Assembly (NCBI RefSeq): GCF_009914755.1
Contig: NC_060930.1
DNA from: the human T2T-CHM13v2.0 reference genome, Homo sapiens
Length of the DNA: 64,000 nucleotides
Direction: 5' to 3' (one strand)
Shown: positions 27,178 to 40,629 of the stretch, piece by piece
Layout of the letters: the number at the start of each line of letters is the position of its first letter
Numbering within the stretch: the first letter of the stretch is position 1
Notes under the pieces: generated by a model
What the model was told of the DNA's origin: nothing
Databases searched by the model: none
What the model saw: only the letters and a program-made list of their open reading frames with translations
Made by a program: the position numbers and the translations under genes

Positions 27178-27759
27178 AAAGCATGAGTTTGCAGTTGTTA
27201 CCACAGAAAATAAAAATCCACGTAAGTCGAGGTATATTATCTTTGCGTTTATTTTTTAGTGTTATGCCAATATTATTAATATTATTACTTTTGTGGGGGA
27301 GGAGTATATTTTGCATTACAATCCCTGAAAAACAAGGAGCCACCAAAGGGAGTAGTGGAGGCGTCTTCATCACATAGTGTAAATGCCATCCTTTGAGTGT
27401 AGCAGGAAGGTGGGCACAGATGATCAGAGAAGCGCTCCAGAAGACAAGAGATGTCGGCAAACTTTGTTTTCCTTTTTCTTCTCTCTGGTCCAAATGATGT
27501 ATTGGATTCCTATGCCTATTTTCCCCTTCTGGGAAAGTTAAAAAGAAAAACTTCTTCTGGATATCTGTGGCTCTTCCCCCTCAGAAAAGCCAAACAGGCT
27601 TGAGGAGCTAAAACGTGGTGCTTTTCCTGATGCCTTTGGAAGGTCACTTCTGGACCTACCTCCAGAAACCCCTCTACCCTTTTCCAAAGCTGCCTTAACG
27701 GGGCGGCTTTTCCAGTATCCAGGTGGGTTCATCATCTCCGTACACCAACCACTTGCTAA

Positions 27760-28080
27760 TGATAAGGAGCACAATTAGATTAGTTTTGTGGAGGCAAGAA
27801 TCGATATCCCGGTGTATGTGGAGCCTATTAGACATTGCTAATTAGAGCTCTCAGACATTAATCAAATACCACGTATGGGGCTAATCAGCCAATTCGGGCA
27901 GTATAAAAATCTATAATGTCCCAAGTCTCTCCTTGAATGTTCCAACCTGGTTCACCTTGAAACCTGACCTGAAGACAGAAATCCCTGCCGGAGGTCTGCA
28001 ACAACTGGGCTAGGAGGCTGTGCCGTTTCACAGCTCCTGAGCCTTCTGGAGCAGGAGGCCGACGTGATGTCATCAGGCTC
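27760..28080. promoter_or_regulatory. Candidate homeodomain-rich enhancer/promoter
   Basis: TAATCTAATTG(-) 27772-27782, AATCGAT 27799-27805, CTAATTAG 27838-27845, CCAAT 27889-27893, TATAAAA 27902-27908, TGATGTCA 28065-28072; motif evidence only. Confidence 0.35.
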
Positions 28081-28959
28081 CTTCTTAAACAAACACAGGC
28101 TCCATCCTGCAGCCTTGACACCCTTTTCATTGACTCTGTGGCAGCTGTGGCTCTGTGCCAGCTGCAGGCTGGACCCAGAGAGGCAGACCAGCACCCCAGG
28201 CCTGAACGATAAATAAAACTAAATGCTAACTAATATATTATTCATGTAATAGCCCAATTGCCCATCATGCTACGTACTTGTATTCATACAATTATTCCTG
28301 TGTGTTTAAATAATGAATGTTAGGTTTGTGTTTACTAACACAAATCACTGATTAATCTGTATTCAAGTCAAACACTGCCTTATAGGAACACTTTGAAATA
28401 CTGTACTAGATCAGTGTTCGCCTACTAAATTTAGGGATAGTTGCTATAATGTTAATTCTATAGCATGTGATTGAGTTCTTTAATTTGACAAAATCTATTG
28501 GATAAACTGAGCTTGAATAAAGAGTCTGTTGATAATGCCGGGCAAATCCAGATGTGATTTAAGATTTATGGAACGTGTTAGAAATATTTTCAAACACCTA
28601 TGTCCTTAATTCCTGATTCCTTAATGCTTCTGAATGTTACCTTGTAAAAACCTATTTTTTTTTGCCCAATAAGCTCTTTCGAGGTCCCCATAATCTCCTT
28701 TAAAAAGATATTTTGCTAAAAGCCACAACATGTGTTCGTGCTATCATTATAATTTTCCTTCAGAAATAGTAAGCTTTCAATGAATTCCATTCCCAGAAGT
28801 TCATATGAGAGTTGAGATTCACAGCCTCCAAGAACTGGTCAGTTTTTAGGCTCTAAAGAAGCATGTTCTTCCAACCACTGTTAGCAGTGAAACAGAAATG
28901 CAGTTCCTAAGATTGAATTATAGGATACTGAACAGTACTGGAGGAAAGAGTCACATAAT

Positions 28960-29175
28960 ATAGGAAAAATAAGCATGGGATCAAATCTTGACTTGAATCC
29001 TAATTCACAACATCCTAGTTGTATGATTTGGATGAGTGTTTAATATCTCTGAGCCTCCAAGATGAGGACAGTAATGCCAAAGGTCATAGGTGGTTCTGAA
29101 ATTGATAGGAGGTAATACATATGAGAGCACTTGGGAGAATGTCTCTCTGCAACCACACAGCCAGTAGATGCTGGT
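28960..29175 (+). mobile_element. MIR SINE
   Basis: ttgaatcctaa...taatatctctgagcctc...taatacatatgagagcacttg. Confidence 0.7.
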
Positions 29176-29199
29176 TCTCTTGGCCTCTTCCCTTAATTC

Positions 29200-29325
29200 T
29201 GATTTTATATATTATGATGTTCTAGAAAGCAGGAACTGCATCTTCTGCATCTTTGTACCCTCGGCACCTGGCACTTTGGGGGCACAGAGTTTATTCAATA
29301 GCTCATAATTGAGCCACAATGAATC
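29200..29325 (+). mobile_element. L2 3' end
   Basis: gcaggaactgcatcttctgcatctttgtaccctcggcacctggcac. Confidence 0.65.
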
Positions 29326-29471
29326 AACAGAAAAGTCACTGAGAAGATATTTTTGGGGACATGTAAATGTTTCTTTACCTTCCTTCCCAAAAGTCAATAT
29401 CGGATAGAATCTCCAAGAAAGTAATTTCCAGAAATCAGAGGAATAGTTCAGAGGAGCCAGAGCATATTTCT

Positions 29472-29854
29472 TGATATGGTTTTGATTTGTGTCCCCACCC
29501 AAATCTCACGTCTAAGTGTAATCCCCATTGTTGGAAGAGGGGACTGGTGGGAGGTGATTGGATAATGGGGGCAAATTTCCCCCTTGCTGTTCTCATGATA
29601 GTAGTGAGTTCTCAGGAGAACTTGTTGTTTAAAAGTATGTAGCATCTCCCCCTTCTCTCTCTTCCTCCTGCTCCAGCCATGTAGGACGTGCTGGCTTCCC
29701 CTTTGCCTTCTGCCATGATTATAAGTTTCCTGAGGCCTCCCCAGCCATGCTTCTTGTACAGCCTACAGAACCATGAGCCAATTAAACCTCTTTTCTTTAT
29801 AAATTACCCAACCTCAGGTATTTCTTGATAGCAGTGCAAGGACAGACAAGTACA
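29472..29854 (+). mobile_element. MSTA solo LTR
   Basis: tgatatggttt...ccaattaaacctcttttctttataaattaccca...taca; TSD tttct/tctct. Confidence 0.93.
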
Positions 29855-30335
29855 TCTCTCCTATAATTTCTGGCTTTGAAGAGTGTGGTTATTGAAAAAA
29901 ATTTATCTCTTGTACTTCTTCCTTTCAAAATTTTGGGGATATCCATGCATGGAAAATGTAAGGCAGGGAAGAGAACATAAATATGACAGGTTTCCCAAAT
30001 ATTTATTCTAAGAACTAAAAGCTATGGGTAGACCATTGGGGAAAATACAAAAGTGGAGTATGGAACACAGATGTTGGAAGAAGGGCACAGCTTACAAACC
30101 TTTTAAGCAAGGGATGTTATTAATATCTGATATGATTCTCAAGATACACATATCAAGTGGGAAGCACTTCAGTTAGATTCCTTGAGTTTGGATCAGAAAT
30201 ACACCACGAGCTTCTGCTTAATTCAAGTCTGAAGAGGACTAATAAAAGTGCCATGTCCCTGCAAAGCATCTTCGCCACCAAAAGGCAGTGTACCCATAAA
30301 AAGGGCCAGCAGTGAACTATCAGAAGCTTACCTAA

Positions 30336-30635
<300 letters not shown>

Positions 30636-31599
30636 AGAAGCTTACGTAAGAGACTGGCCTTAGAACAGGGGCATAAAATACAATTGAGACCATGTCTTTC
30701 TAATTAAAAACAGTATTTTTACTTCTTAAAACAAGCAATTTCAGTACAACATAATTTTTTAAATTGGCTTCTAACATTTATAGTGTCTGCAAGTCATAAT
30801 GATTTGAAATCAAATTCCAAATCAAATTTGAAAAACTTTACAAAATTTAGATGATATGTCAATTATTTATCATGGTATTATTTAGCATTTTCCTATCCCC
30901 AACCAAACCCCACTGTGACACTTCTTTGCATGCAAATTGGCAAGAAAGACGGCCCACCACAAAGCGTTCGCCTGCCAACTTCTACATTACTGATGGTCTC
31001 AAATGAATTGTCATTTTTTCACAATGATTCTTAATTTAGTTAATGATAAGTCTTTATATTAAATTTGAATAACTGTATCATCTCTTTCCATGTGTGGAAT
31101 TATCAGGAATTAACTCTCAATTCTGAAAATACTAGGAGACCCCCGATAAGCTATGGCCTCTTCCAGAAATTCTAGAGTGGTAGAAATGTTACCAAGCCAC
31201 ATCAGAGACGACCTGGCAGCTAAGCCCTTGCTACAGTGGTTGTTCCCACATTATTCAAATGGATATGGGCTCTGCAAGTCACTTTGTGTTCCAGAAGAAA
31301 AACAACAGATGCTGATGCACAGGAAGCAGAAATGGTTGAATTTTTCCATAAAATCTAAACCTCTGAATTCATGGTTTTATTCTGAAACACCTTGTCCAGT
31401 GTTGTCCCTGTCATGACTCTCTCTTCATTAGACTCCATCATCCCAAGCCAATTCATATATACGACCCAAATTTCCTGTAATGAGGGACTGCTGATACACA
31501 AACACTGCACAGCTGTGTTAAGTCTCAAGTTATTGAATTAGGTTGGCATAACTTTAAATATTAAATAAGCTTCCCAGCCCCTAGTTATTGTCACTCACT

Positions 31600-32020
31600 A
31601 CGGGAGACACATGTCATCTTATCTGCCCAACATCATTTCTCCTTGTCTGAGAACAGCACCTCTTTTTCCTTTGGATAATTATCCGTCAATCCTTGTATTG
31701 CTGGGGTACCTAAGGAGAAAATGGCCCCCCAAGAACGGCCAGCAGAGATCTTCCCTAAATTTTATATGTGGACACTGAGAGGAAGGTAATCTTTTTCTCT
31801 GAGCATCACTATCTGGCTTTATGAAGCCTGGAGTTCTCTCCCCCTACCCAACCTTGGCCATCTGAAGGTCAGCCAAAAAGATCAGTCGAGGATGAGACCT
31901 AATGACATCATCTAAATCCCTGGATCCAGCCATGTCTGAAGCCAACTCAAGCTCTAGACTTGAAAATTACATAGGCCAATACTAGAACTTTTGTAATTTA
32001 AACACAAAATTTCTAACACA
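31600..32020 (+). mobile_element. Old MLT1K/L-type LTR
   Basis: cctaatgacatcat...ccctggatccagccatgtctgaagcc. Confidence 0.65.
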
Positions 32021-32411
32021 TGCTTATGTTTTAGTCGACAGATCCACCTTTAGTCTCCTTTAAATTGTTACTCAACACTTTGCCCACCCACAAAGCTGAG
32101 TTGAAAATGTTATTCCTACATACCTAAATCCCTACAGAATATAGATCTTTTCTTCTCTTGGAAACATATCCACCCAATTTTATTTCATGATAAAAGTGTT
32201 TTCCTCACCTATTTAGCTGCCATTTGCAGGGATCAAACCCCTTAGAATGCTCTTGTGAACTTTTCTTTTCATTAAGGCACTGGGTCCTTGCTTCTCTCCC
32301 CTGGTCTAAATGTACTGTCTGGATTTTCCCTTCCATTCCTCACTCTGCTGTTCTTATTTTCTGTCTTTGCTGCCTTTTCTTTTAAGGTATTCCTCGAGCA
32401 GGGGTAATTAA

Positions 32412-32540
32412 CCCATTTATGCTGGAGGTTGCAAATTTTTTGTGTGAAAAATCAGACCTCGGCAATGACCTTGAGCAGTAGGATATAAATGACTCCCACA
32501 CGCTTAGCGTTCCACTAATGGAACACTAGGCATAAATGAG
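32412..32540 (-). mobile_element. MER85 piggyBac (PGBD3-dependent) MITE, full length
   Basis: TTAA TSDs at 32408-32411 and 32541-32544; TIRs cccatttatgc / gcataaatgag; internal palindrome gttccactaatggaac at 32509-32524. Confidence 0.93.
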
Positions 32541-32636
32541 TTAATGAGATGCACAGATTGTCCATTAATGGGCTTCAGGGATGTCTCAACGTCTCTTGAA
32601 ATTATATGCAAGTTTTACATGAAAATCCATGTGTAT

Positions 32637-33160
32637 GTATATTAGCTATCAATAGCTGTGTAACGAATCACCCTATAATTTAGCAGCTTAAAACAATCAA
32701 CGTTTATTATTTCACAGTTTCTGCGGGCCAGAAATCCAGGTGTGGCTCCCCTGATGCCTCTGCCTCTTACAAGGAGCAATCAAGGTGTCCGTCAGGGACT
32801 TGTGTCACATCCGAAAGCTCTGCTGAAGGAAAACCCAGTGTTGAGCTCCTTCGTGCAGCTGCTGGCAGGATTCAGTTTCTCAAAGGTTGTTAGCTGGGGA
32901 CCTACTGGTTCCTTGCCACATGTGCGTCTCCCTAGGCAGCTCACAGTGTGGCAGCTGGCTTTCCCCAGAAGGAGCCAAGAAACAAGACAGATGCCACAGT
33001 CCTTTTGTAATGGAATCTCAGCAGGGACATCCCATCTCTTTTGCTGTATTCTATTGATCAGAAGCCATTACTAGGCCCCACCCACACTCAAGGGAAGGAG
33101 ATGACACGGAGGTATGAATCTCAGGAGGCAGGGCCCACTATAGAGGCTGTCTACCCAAAT
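32637..33160 (-). mobile_element. MLT1F/G-type LTR
   Basis: tattagctatcaatagctgtgtaac...ttaaaacaa...tttattatttcacagtttctg...gaggctgtctacc. Confidence 0.85.
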
Positions 33161-34508
33161 ACATTTTGAAAAGGAAGAGGACCCATATCTTTTATCGTAT
33201 CGTTAAACTTCTGAATCAACATTTGTATTATTTGTTCCTGTCTCAACCATCAGTTTCACCCAAAAAGTCTTCTAGGTATATTTTCACAAAACAGGTCACT
33301 AGATACTGCTCTGTGACTGAAGCTAGAGTTAACTTTCCCCTTCACACAGTCACTATATATATATGATGAAAAGATCCTATGCTATCACATGCCCCCATCA
33401 AACACACACACACACACACTCGCAAATCTTAGACCATGGTCACCTAATGAGAAATGGAGTGTTCTGACCAACAGGACAAGAATCTGCCTTGTAGAACATT
33501 GTTTCTCATAATTTTTGGTTTCAGGGCCCCCTTTACACTCTTAAAAATCATCAAAGACCTTCAAAGACTTATTTTTATGTAGGCTATATCTATTGATGTA
33601 TCTGTGTTAAAAATAAAAACTGAAGAATGTTTAAAATATTTATATTTTTTAAAAATAACAACCTCATTATATACTAACACAAACATTTTCATGCAAAATA
33701 AAAACTTTTTTTAAAAACAAAGAAATTAGCAACAGTGGCAGTGTTTTACATTTTTAGAAATCTCTAATGTCTGGCTTAATAGAAGACAGCTGGATTCTCA
33801 TATCTGTTTCTGCACCCAAACTTTATAAGATGTTGTTTTGGTGGAATTAGATGAAGAAAATCTGGCCTCATACAGTCACATAGACGTATCACTGTGAAAA
33901 GCAGAAGTATTTTAAAAGCCTTTTCCTGTAATTGTATATTTTTTTGATGCTACACCAAAACTTGGTGTAGTTATAGTTTCTTAAAACTTATAAAATGTGG
34001 AATCTGAAACCATCAACAATGACTTTTCTTTTTACATTCTACTACATTAAATTTCACTGGTCTATCTTACATTTTAAATGGATCATTTGCTGATGTGTGA
34101 TTTTGTAACATCATGCATTGGCCATTTGAAGAAAAGAAATAATTCACTGAAATTCTAAAATCTTCCAAATGTTGGCATATTTTGTTACAAACTATCAAGA
34201 AATCACATTTGCAAATATTACAACCAATCTCATCATGCGTCTTTATGTAGTGGAAAATAGTCAAGTTCAAGGTGGAGAATACAAGTTTTCCAAAATCCTA
34301 ATTTTCACTTGAAAGCCTAAATTTTATCATTGGCTATAAATAGTCAATATTTTTCTTGAAGTAACAGGCCCATTACGTTCATTTTGGAGAACATATCAGC
34401 AAAACACCCAAGTCAAAATAACTATAGTTTGTCTGCCAGTTGTTCTTTCAAATAAAAACAGTGTTCTATGAACAAAAGTGGGTAGTTCAACTCAAAATGA
34501 GTCTTTGC

Positions 34509-34669
34509 GGCTGGGTGTGGTGGTGCACATCTATAGTCCCAGAGATATTCTGGAGGCTGAGGTAAGAGGATCACTTCAGCCCACGAGTTCGGGGCTGCAG
34601 TAAGCTATGATTGTGCCACTGCATTTCAGCCTAGGCAACAAAGTGAGACCTCATCTCTAATAAATAAAT

Positions 34670-34672
<3 letters not shown>
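34509..34672 (+). mobile_element. FRAM/AluJ monomer inside Charlie1
   Basis: Single Alu right-arm-type monomer with A-rich tail. Confidence 0.9.

Positions 34673-34675
<3 letters not shown>

Positions 34676-34713
<38 letters not shown>
34676..34713. repeat. (CA)n microsatellite, about 19 units
   Basis: Direct reading. Confidence 0.97.
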
Positions 34714-34715
<2 letters not shown>

Positions 34716-34788
34716 CGAGTGAGTGTCATCCTTGAAACAATCATCGTATACTGGTACACAGCAGAATGTTTATTTATATTTCCCATTT

Positions 34789-34880
34789 GATTACACAGAA
34801 TATGACAAAGAGTAAAGTGTTGAGATTTTATAAAGATTACACAGAATATGACAAACAGTAAACTGTTGAGATTTTATAAA
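34789..34880. repeat. Two-copy 46-bp tandem duplication (44/46 identical)
   Basis: gattacacagaatatgacaaa[g/c]agtaaa[g/c]tgttgagattttataaa x2. Confidence 0.97.
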
Positions 34881-35513
34881 GTTAATCAGTTGTACTGCTT
34901 TATCAAGGTCATTTATAGGGAACCCTGGCTTTTCACTTCTCTGGAGTGTAGTGAAGTATACAATGACCACTCGCACAGCCCAGGGCCACTGCCTGGACTC
35001 ATCCTAAGATGCCGGCATTTTACCCCCCATTGCTTTTGCATCAGCAGTGCAAATGTCAACAACATACTGGGAAAACAGCAAGTAACATCTTAATAATAGT
35101 ATTACGAAAATAGTTTAACTTCATGGACTCATTGAAAGTGGGTCGTAGAGACTCCTGGGGGAAGTATAATCAGTTATAAACTCTTACATATATATATAAA
35201 TTCTAACACTCGTTATACTGAGGAGGCAGGATTTGATATACTATTTACTCATTTTGCTTATGAAGACTTGATCGGAGAACACAGTCCTCTAATAAAACGT
35301 TCTGATTTAATGAGCATGAACCAGCCAGTATTTTCCAAACATCACTAATTCACAAGTTTTTCCAGAGAAGTACAGTCATTTTCTAAACTTAAATATTTAA
35401 AAGAACCTTTTATCCATCTGAAAACAAATATATCTTACCACAAATAGAAGAAATGTATTAATATCTCTAAAGTGAATATATAACTATTTAAATCTTTAAA
35501 AACATTTTCAACA

Positions 35514-35834
<321 letters not shown>

Positions 35835-36410
35835 TCATCAAGTGTACTACCTAAAATCGTTTCAGGGACCACCATTGACTGCCCACTTTTGGAAAGCCTA
35901 CCACAATCTCTGCCTGCCTTGAACTCCTTCACTTTGCCATATTCCACTGTATGCAAATTTGCTTCCATGTATCTTTTAGGTTCATATATCTACAGGTTGC
36001 AAGTCACTCCCATTGGGGATAATTAGAAAAAAGGAAACTGGGGATTAGAAAAAAGGAAAGAGAGGTAAAGCAGATGGCAGCAAAGAAAGAGAGGTGTGGG
36101 CTTGAAGCTCTGGGAGAGATAAAGGGAAAGGAAGAGAAGGAAGCTAGAGCCCTGAACGGCTCTGTAGAGTCAGGGAGGTGGGTGGGTGGAGAAGGGCTAG
36201 TAAAATATTCCTGAGAGTGATGAGCATTGGACTCTAGCATCAGAAACAAAAAGTGCCTACCTAACTGGGTTAAATAAAGCTCACCACATAATTTTTCCAT
36301 TTGAAATATCCAAGTACTTTTGTGTCAATGGACTAAGGCAGGATTCAGGACACATCTAAGTTATAAAATCAGAAAAGCATTGAACATTTGGATGAAAGGC
36401 GCATGTGAAT

Positions 36411-36437
36411 ACACACACACACACACACACACACACA
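36411..36437. repeat. (CA)n microsatellite
   Basis: Direct reading. Confidence 0.95.
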
Positions 36438-36897
36438 GCCTCTTGGTGTGCATATTTCGCTCAATGAATCAAAACAAATTTGAAAGCATCTTGAGATTAT
36501 GGGAAAGGAGATCATGAAAAGTCTCCATTGAGCAAGAAAGCATAAATGGAAATTAATAGTATAATGCTCATTATAACCCATTCAAGTTGTAAAAACGCCT
36601 TTCATATTCTTATTTCTGCTGTTATCTTTATTGTTTCATGCTAGCAGGTTTTTTAAAGTATCTGTGAGGGTTTTTATTGGCTCACTGGTTACCTTGGTTC
36701 TTAAAAACTACCTTTGCCATAAGACAGTGGTTTCAAGGTTCAGTGGAACGCACAAGGGGTCACAGATGGGAAAGGATCTGAGCTCTTCATCCTTCCTTCT
36801 GTGAGAACTTCTCTGCTTTAATCTACTTTGCATGTTAGTCCTCTGCCTAAGATTCCATCTGAAGAAAGGACTCTGGTGATATAAAAGAACATTTACT

Positions 36898-37195
36898 GGC
36901 CCAGCATGGTGGCTCACGCCTGTGATCCCAGCACTTCGGGAGGCCAAGGCAGACGGATTGCCTGAGCTCAGGAGTTTGTGACCAGCCTGGGCAACACGGT
37001 GAAACCCTGTCTCTACTAAAATAAAAAAATTAGTCAGGCGTGGCAGCATGCACCTATAGTCCCAGCTACTCAGGAGGCTGAGGCAGGATAACTGCTTGAA
37101 ACTGCGAGGCGGAGGTTACAGTGAGCTAAGATTGCACCATGGCACTCCAGCCTGGGCAACAGAGCAAGACTCTGTCTCAAAAAAAAAAAAAAAAA
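36898..37195 (+). mobile_element. AluS (Sx/Sz-like)
   Basis: Full dimer with poly(A) tail. Confidence 0.96.
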
Positions 37196-37299
37196 TTTAT
37201 TTAAGTAGGAAAGCTACCGTCATAAGGTCTAAAGTCTCTCCTAAAGTTGAAAATTTATCCTTCCAACTGTCTTAAAAAAATTAATAAATACTACATGCC

Positions 37300-38095
37300 A
37301 AAATGATATACAGAAGCATGAATAGGCACATTATAAAAGAGGACACCCAAATGGCCAACAGGCATATGAAAATGTGTTTGCCCCTGGTCATCAAGTGAGC
37401 TCATCAAAAGCACAAGATTTCACTGCATGCTTCCTGGGATGGTTAAGTTAAAATAATAACAATTCCAAATTTTTGGCCAGAAAACAGGAAAAATGGAACT
37501 TCCATTGAATGCTGGCAGATGTGTAAATGGGTATAACCAGTTGACACATTGGCAGTATCTACTAAAGCTGAAAATAAACATAGCCTTTAGCCTAGCATTT
37601 ATATTCCTGAGTATATAGTCAATGTATGGACACTCAAAGACATTCAAGAATGATCACAGTAGCATGATTCTTAATAGGCAAAAACTGGAAAGGAAACAAA
37701 TGCCATCAACAATTAGATAGACAAATGGTAGCATATTCATACAATGGAACACTATACAGCAATGTAAAGGAATGAACTATTGTTAAATGTAATACCATGA
37801 ATAAAAAGAAAACAAACACAAAAGAATATATTGCATGATTCCATTTATATAACAGTCAAAAACAGGCAAAACTGATCTAGAGCAATAGGAGTTAGGAAGA
37901 GTTATCTTTGTAGGGGAAGTAAGGGGAGGGTACCCCCGGGGGCTTTTGGCATACTGGCAGGCTTCTGTTTCTTGGTCTGGGAGTAGTCTCCCAATTTGTT
38001 TTCTTTGTGAAAATTCCTCAAGAAGTACACACATGATTTGTGCACTTTTATCTATTTGGTGTATTTCAGTAAGAAATTTACTTAAGAAAAACAAA
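37300..38095 (+). mobile_element. L1ME 3' end
   Basis: gaggacacccaaatggccaacaggcatatgaaaa (ORF2 end); atgattccatttatataa...aaaaacaggcaaaact (L1ME 3' UTR). Confidence 0.88.
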
Positions 38096-38321
38096 ACTAT
38101 GTAATTTAAATGTTTTGTGTAGAATTTTAGGATCCTTTAGTGTTTTATTATTTCCAGGTACCATCACCCTTTTTTTTTTTTTTTTAGTTTTAATTTCTAG
38201 ACACTGAACAGATTAAAAATTTGCTATTTTCCAAGAAGTCTCATTTTAATGGATTGCTACTCTAAAAGTGGAAGGGTGCACTCTCCTTGTTCTTATACCC
38301 CTGCCTCCAAAATATGCATTA

Positions 38322-38500
38322 ATAAATCGATTCAATATATGAGCTTTGAGCACCTACATCAGCCAAGCACTGTACTTGGCTCTGGAATGCACAGGCAAAA
38401 GAGGCAGGCACAGTTTGTGCCTGGGAAAGTGTGCCATCTAACAACGGAAATCCCAGATGAAAGCAGTTGTCAACCAGTGCTAAACGCCATGACGAGCAAA
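38322..38500 (-). mobile_element. L2 3' end
   Basis: ttgagcacctac...gccaagcactgtacttggctctgg. Confidence 0.65.
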
Positions 38501-40451
38501 AATCAGGATGTGAGGGTGTCATACCACAAAATGGGTATTTCTTCTCAAGTCCCTGGGACCACATTTCTCCCCACTATTTTTCAAGACCAGTTGCACTTGG
38601 ACTGAGTACCACAGAGCGTGATGACTCGTGGTTGTTCTGTTTCCTGTTAACTTGTCACTCCGAATGGAATGTAGGGAATTGGTCTAATTCTATAGCTCCT
38701 GCTGGACTTAATTCTGGGCAGAATTGGGTCCTTGAAGATACACGATAAAAGGGGAGGAGAAAGTGGGTAGAACATCCATAAAGAGAGAATTTGTATTCGC
38801 AGATGCTAGGAGAGGCAGGAAACGTCTCTGCTGAAGGAAGTCAGAGGGTAGCAGCCTGAGGAGGGTGGGAGGGGGTGGTCTTCTAGAGCTCAGATCTCTA
38901 GGCACTCAGAACTTGTAGAAGAAAGACTCCAGAACCACCTAGCTGGCTGAATTCAAGCAAGAAAAAAAAAATTACCCTGACTTAACTGTTCTACTATGGA
39001 AACCAGGATACGTGTAGGGATAGAAGAGGATCACTGCAAAAACGTATCTACAGCTTTAGAAACTTCCTTGACGACTCATTCTGCTGTAGCTAATGTCTTG
39101 ACATCCCCCACCAAGAAGATTCAAGAGAGATGGCACAGGGCTCACTCAGTGTAAGAAACATGTAAGGAACATGCACAGTGCCAGGATTCCCAGCAGCAAA
39201 ACACTAACGGCTCAGGCTCCAGGAGAGATAAAAATAGGGGTGTGAGAAGAAGGAGAAAGAGAGACAGAGACAGAGAAAAAGAGAGAAATTTTTTGCTACA
39301 GCCAGAAGGCATCGAGATGCTGAGAAATAAAGGGAAGGTGGTGAGAGGCCAAAAATGATGCTGCCTTCATTTCTTAAATTACCAAAAAAATGAGTCTAAT
39401 TACAGTTCTCCATCTGGTAACCTAACCAGAACATTCTATAACTTGCAAGGTCCTTGTCACTCTGGGATTATTATGGTTATTATTACTATTGTTTATTACA
39501 TTTCAATATTCAAATACCTAAATTATGCAACTCATTCCTTTATCTGCCACATTCCAAATACATGCTTTCCAGAATACCAGCTCATGTTGTCACAATTTAC
39601 CGACTAATTATAGAATACCCTAGGTCTAACTATCTGTTTACCGTGATCTTCAAAGCAATTAAATAAAATACAAAACTCTAGGCCTTTGATTTTTGTTTTC
39701 TCCCTACATAATGCGTGTCAAAAGAAATGTAAGTTCCTTCAAAGATCCTCAAAGTTGTGGTCCTGCTCTCGCACTGATTGTCTTTCTCCAGCAGGCTGGA
39801 TGCTGGCCCCCTAATGAACATTACCACGCCACTGCGGACCAGTTCCTGAGGTGCACGTTAACTCCATGTGACAGTTCCGGAGCCTGCAGCCTTGAGACCC
39901 CTTCTCCATTCCAGGCGCCTGTGCTTCCATCATCTTCCTATGGCAGGATCTGTATTTATAATTCATGCTTTTCCTTTGGTTTCCTTTCCAGGCCTCTCTG
40001 GGCTGGTGCTTAAACAAAATCTCTACCCACATCAAGCTCGTGTTAGTCCTTCCTCAATTAATAATTAATAGTAATGATAATAAGCTTGTGCAAATGCTTA
40101 AAGAGTATTTATCTTTTCGTCTTTCATCTAAAGATCATTTCTTTCATTGCTGCAAGGGGTACTACTGAGGCACAGATACAATTCGTACAACCCCAGACAT
40201 CACTGGCTGATGTTTTGTATTACAGTTCACCAAAAAAGCCCAGAGTGCCCATGGTGGAAATATGCTGTTTTTGCCATCAGAATACAAATTGTCTTTTGGG
40301 TGGAGACAGTATTACATCTTTCTTTGAGGGGACACACTCCCCACTAACTATCCCAAATCTCAGCTCATGTCCTCAGTTGAAGCTGAGACTATCCTCAGTT
40401 TATGGAGATGGAAAATACCTCCTAGATTAAACCAACATGCCCAGTCTATAT

Positions 40452-40618
40452 CCTTGCTACTCAAGAGATGTTCCTTGGACCAGCAGGCTTTGCCTCACCT
40501 GGGAGCTTGTTAGAAATGCAGAATCTTGAGTCCCACCTGAGACTTCCAGAGTCAGGATCTGGCTTTTAATAAAATTCCCAGATGATTCATATGCACATTA
40601 AAATTTCAGAGGCATGGG
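40452..40618. mobile_element. MER5A/A1 hAT MITE
   Basis: cacctgggagcttgttagaaatgcagaatctt...gattcatatgcacattaaaattt. Confidence 0.88.
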
Positions 40619-40629
40619 TCAATACCCCC

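Larger units (their letters stand above)
32397..33210. mobile_element. MER103-type hAT MITE hosting MER85 and MLT1 insertions
   Basis: gtccattaatgggcttcagggatgtc...tgaaattatatgcaag before the MLT1 and gaagaggacccatatcttttatc after it. Confidence 0.55.
33497..35160 (-). mobile_element. Charlie1a-type hAT DNA transposon, near full length, with transposase remnant
   Basis: ccccctttacactcttaaaaat at one end and aaaatagttt...actcctgggg at the other; ORF 34067..34270(-) CQHLED...VNYFFSSNGQCMMLQNH...DPF resembles a Charlie/Buster transposase segment. Confidence 0.85.

Noticed and set aside
36014-36060. ~22-bp duplication tggggat..tagaaaaaaggaaa
   Set aside because: Low-complexity slippage with no functional hint.
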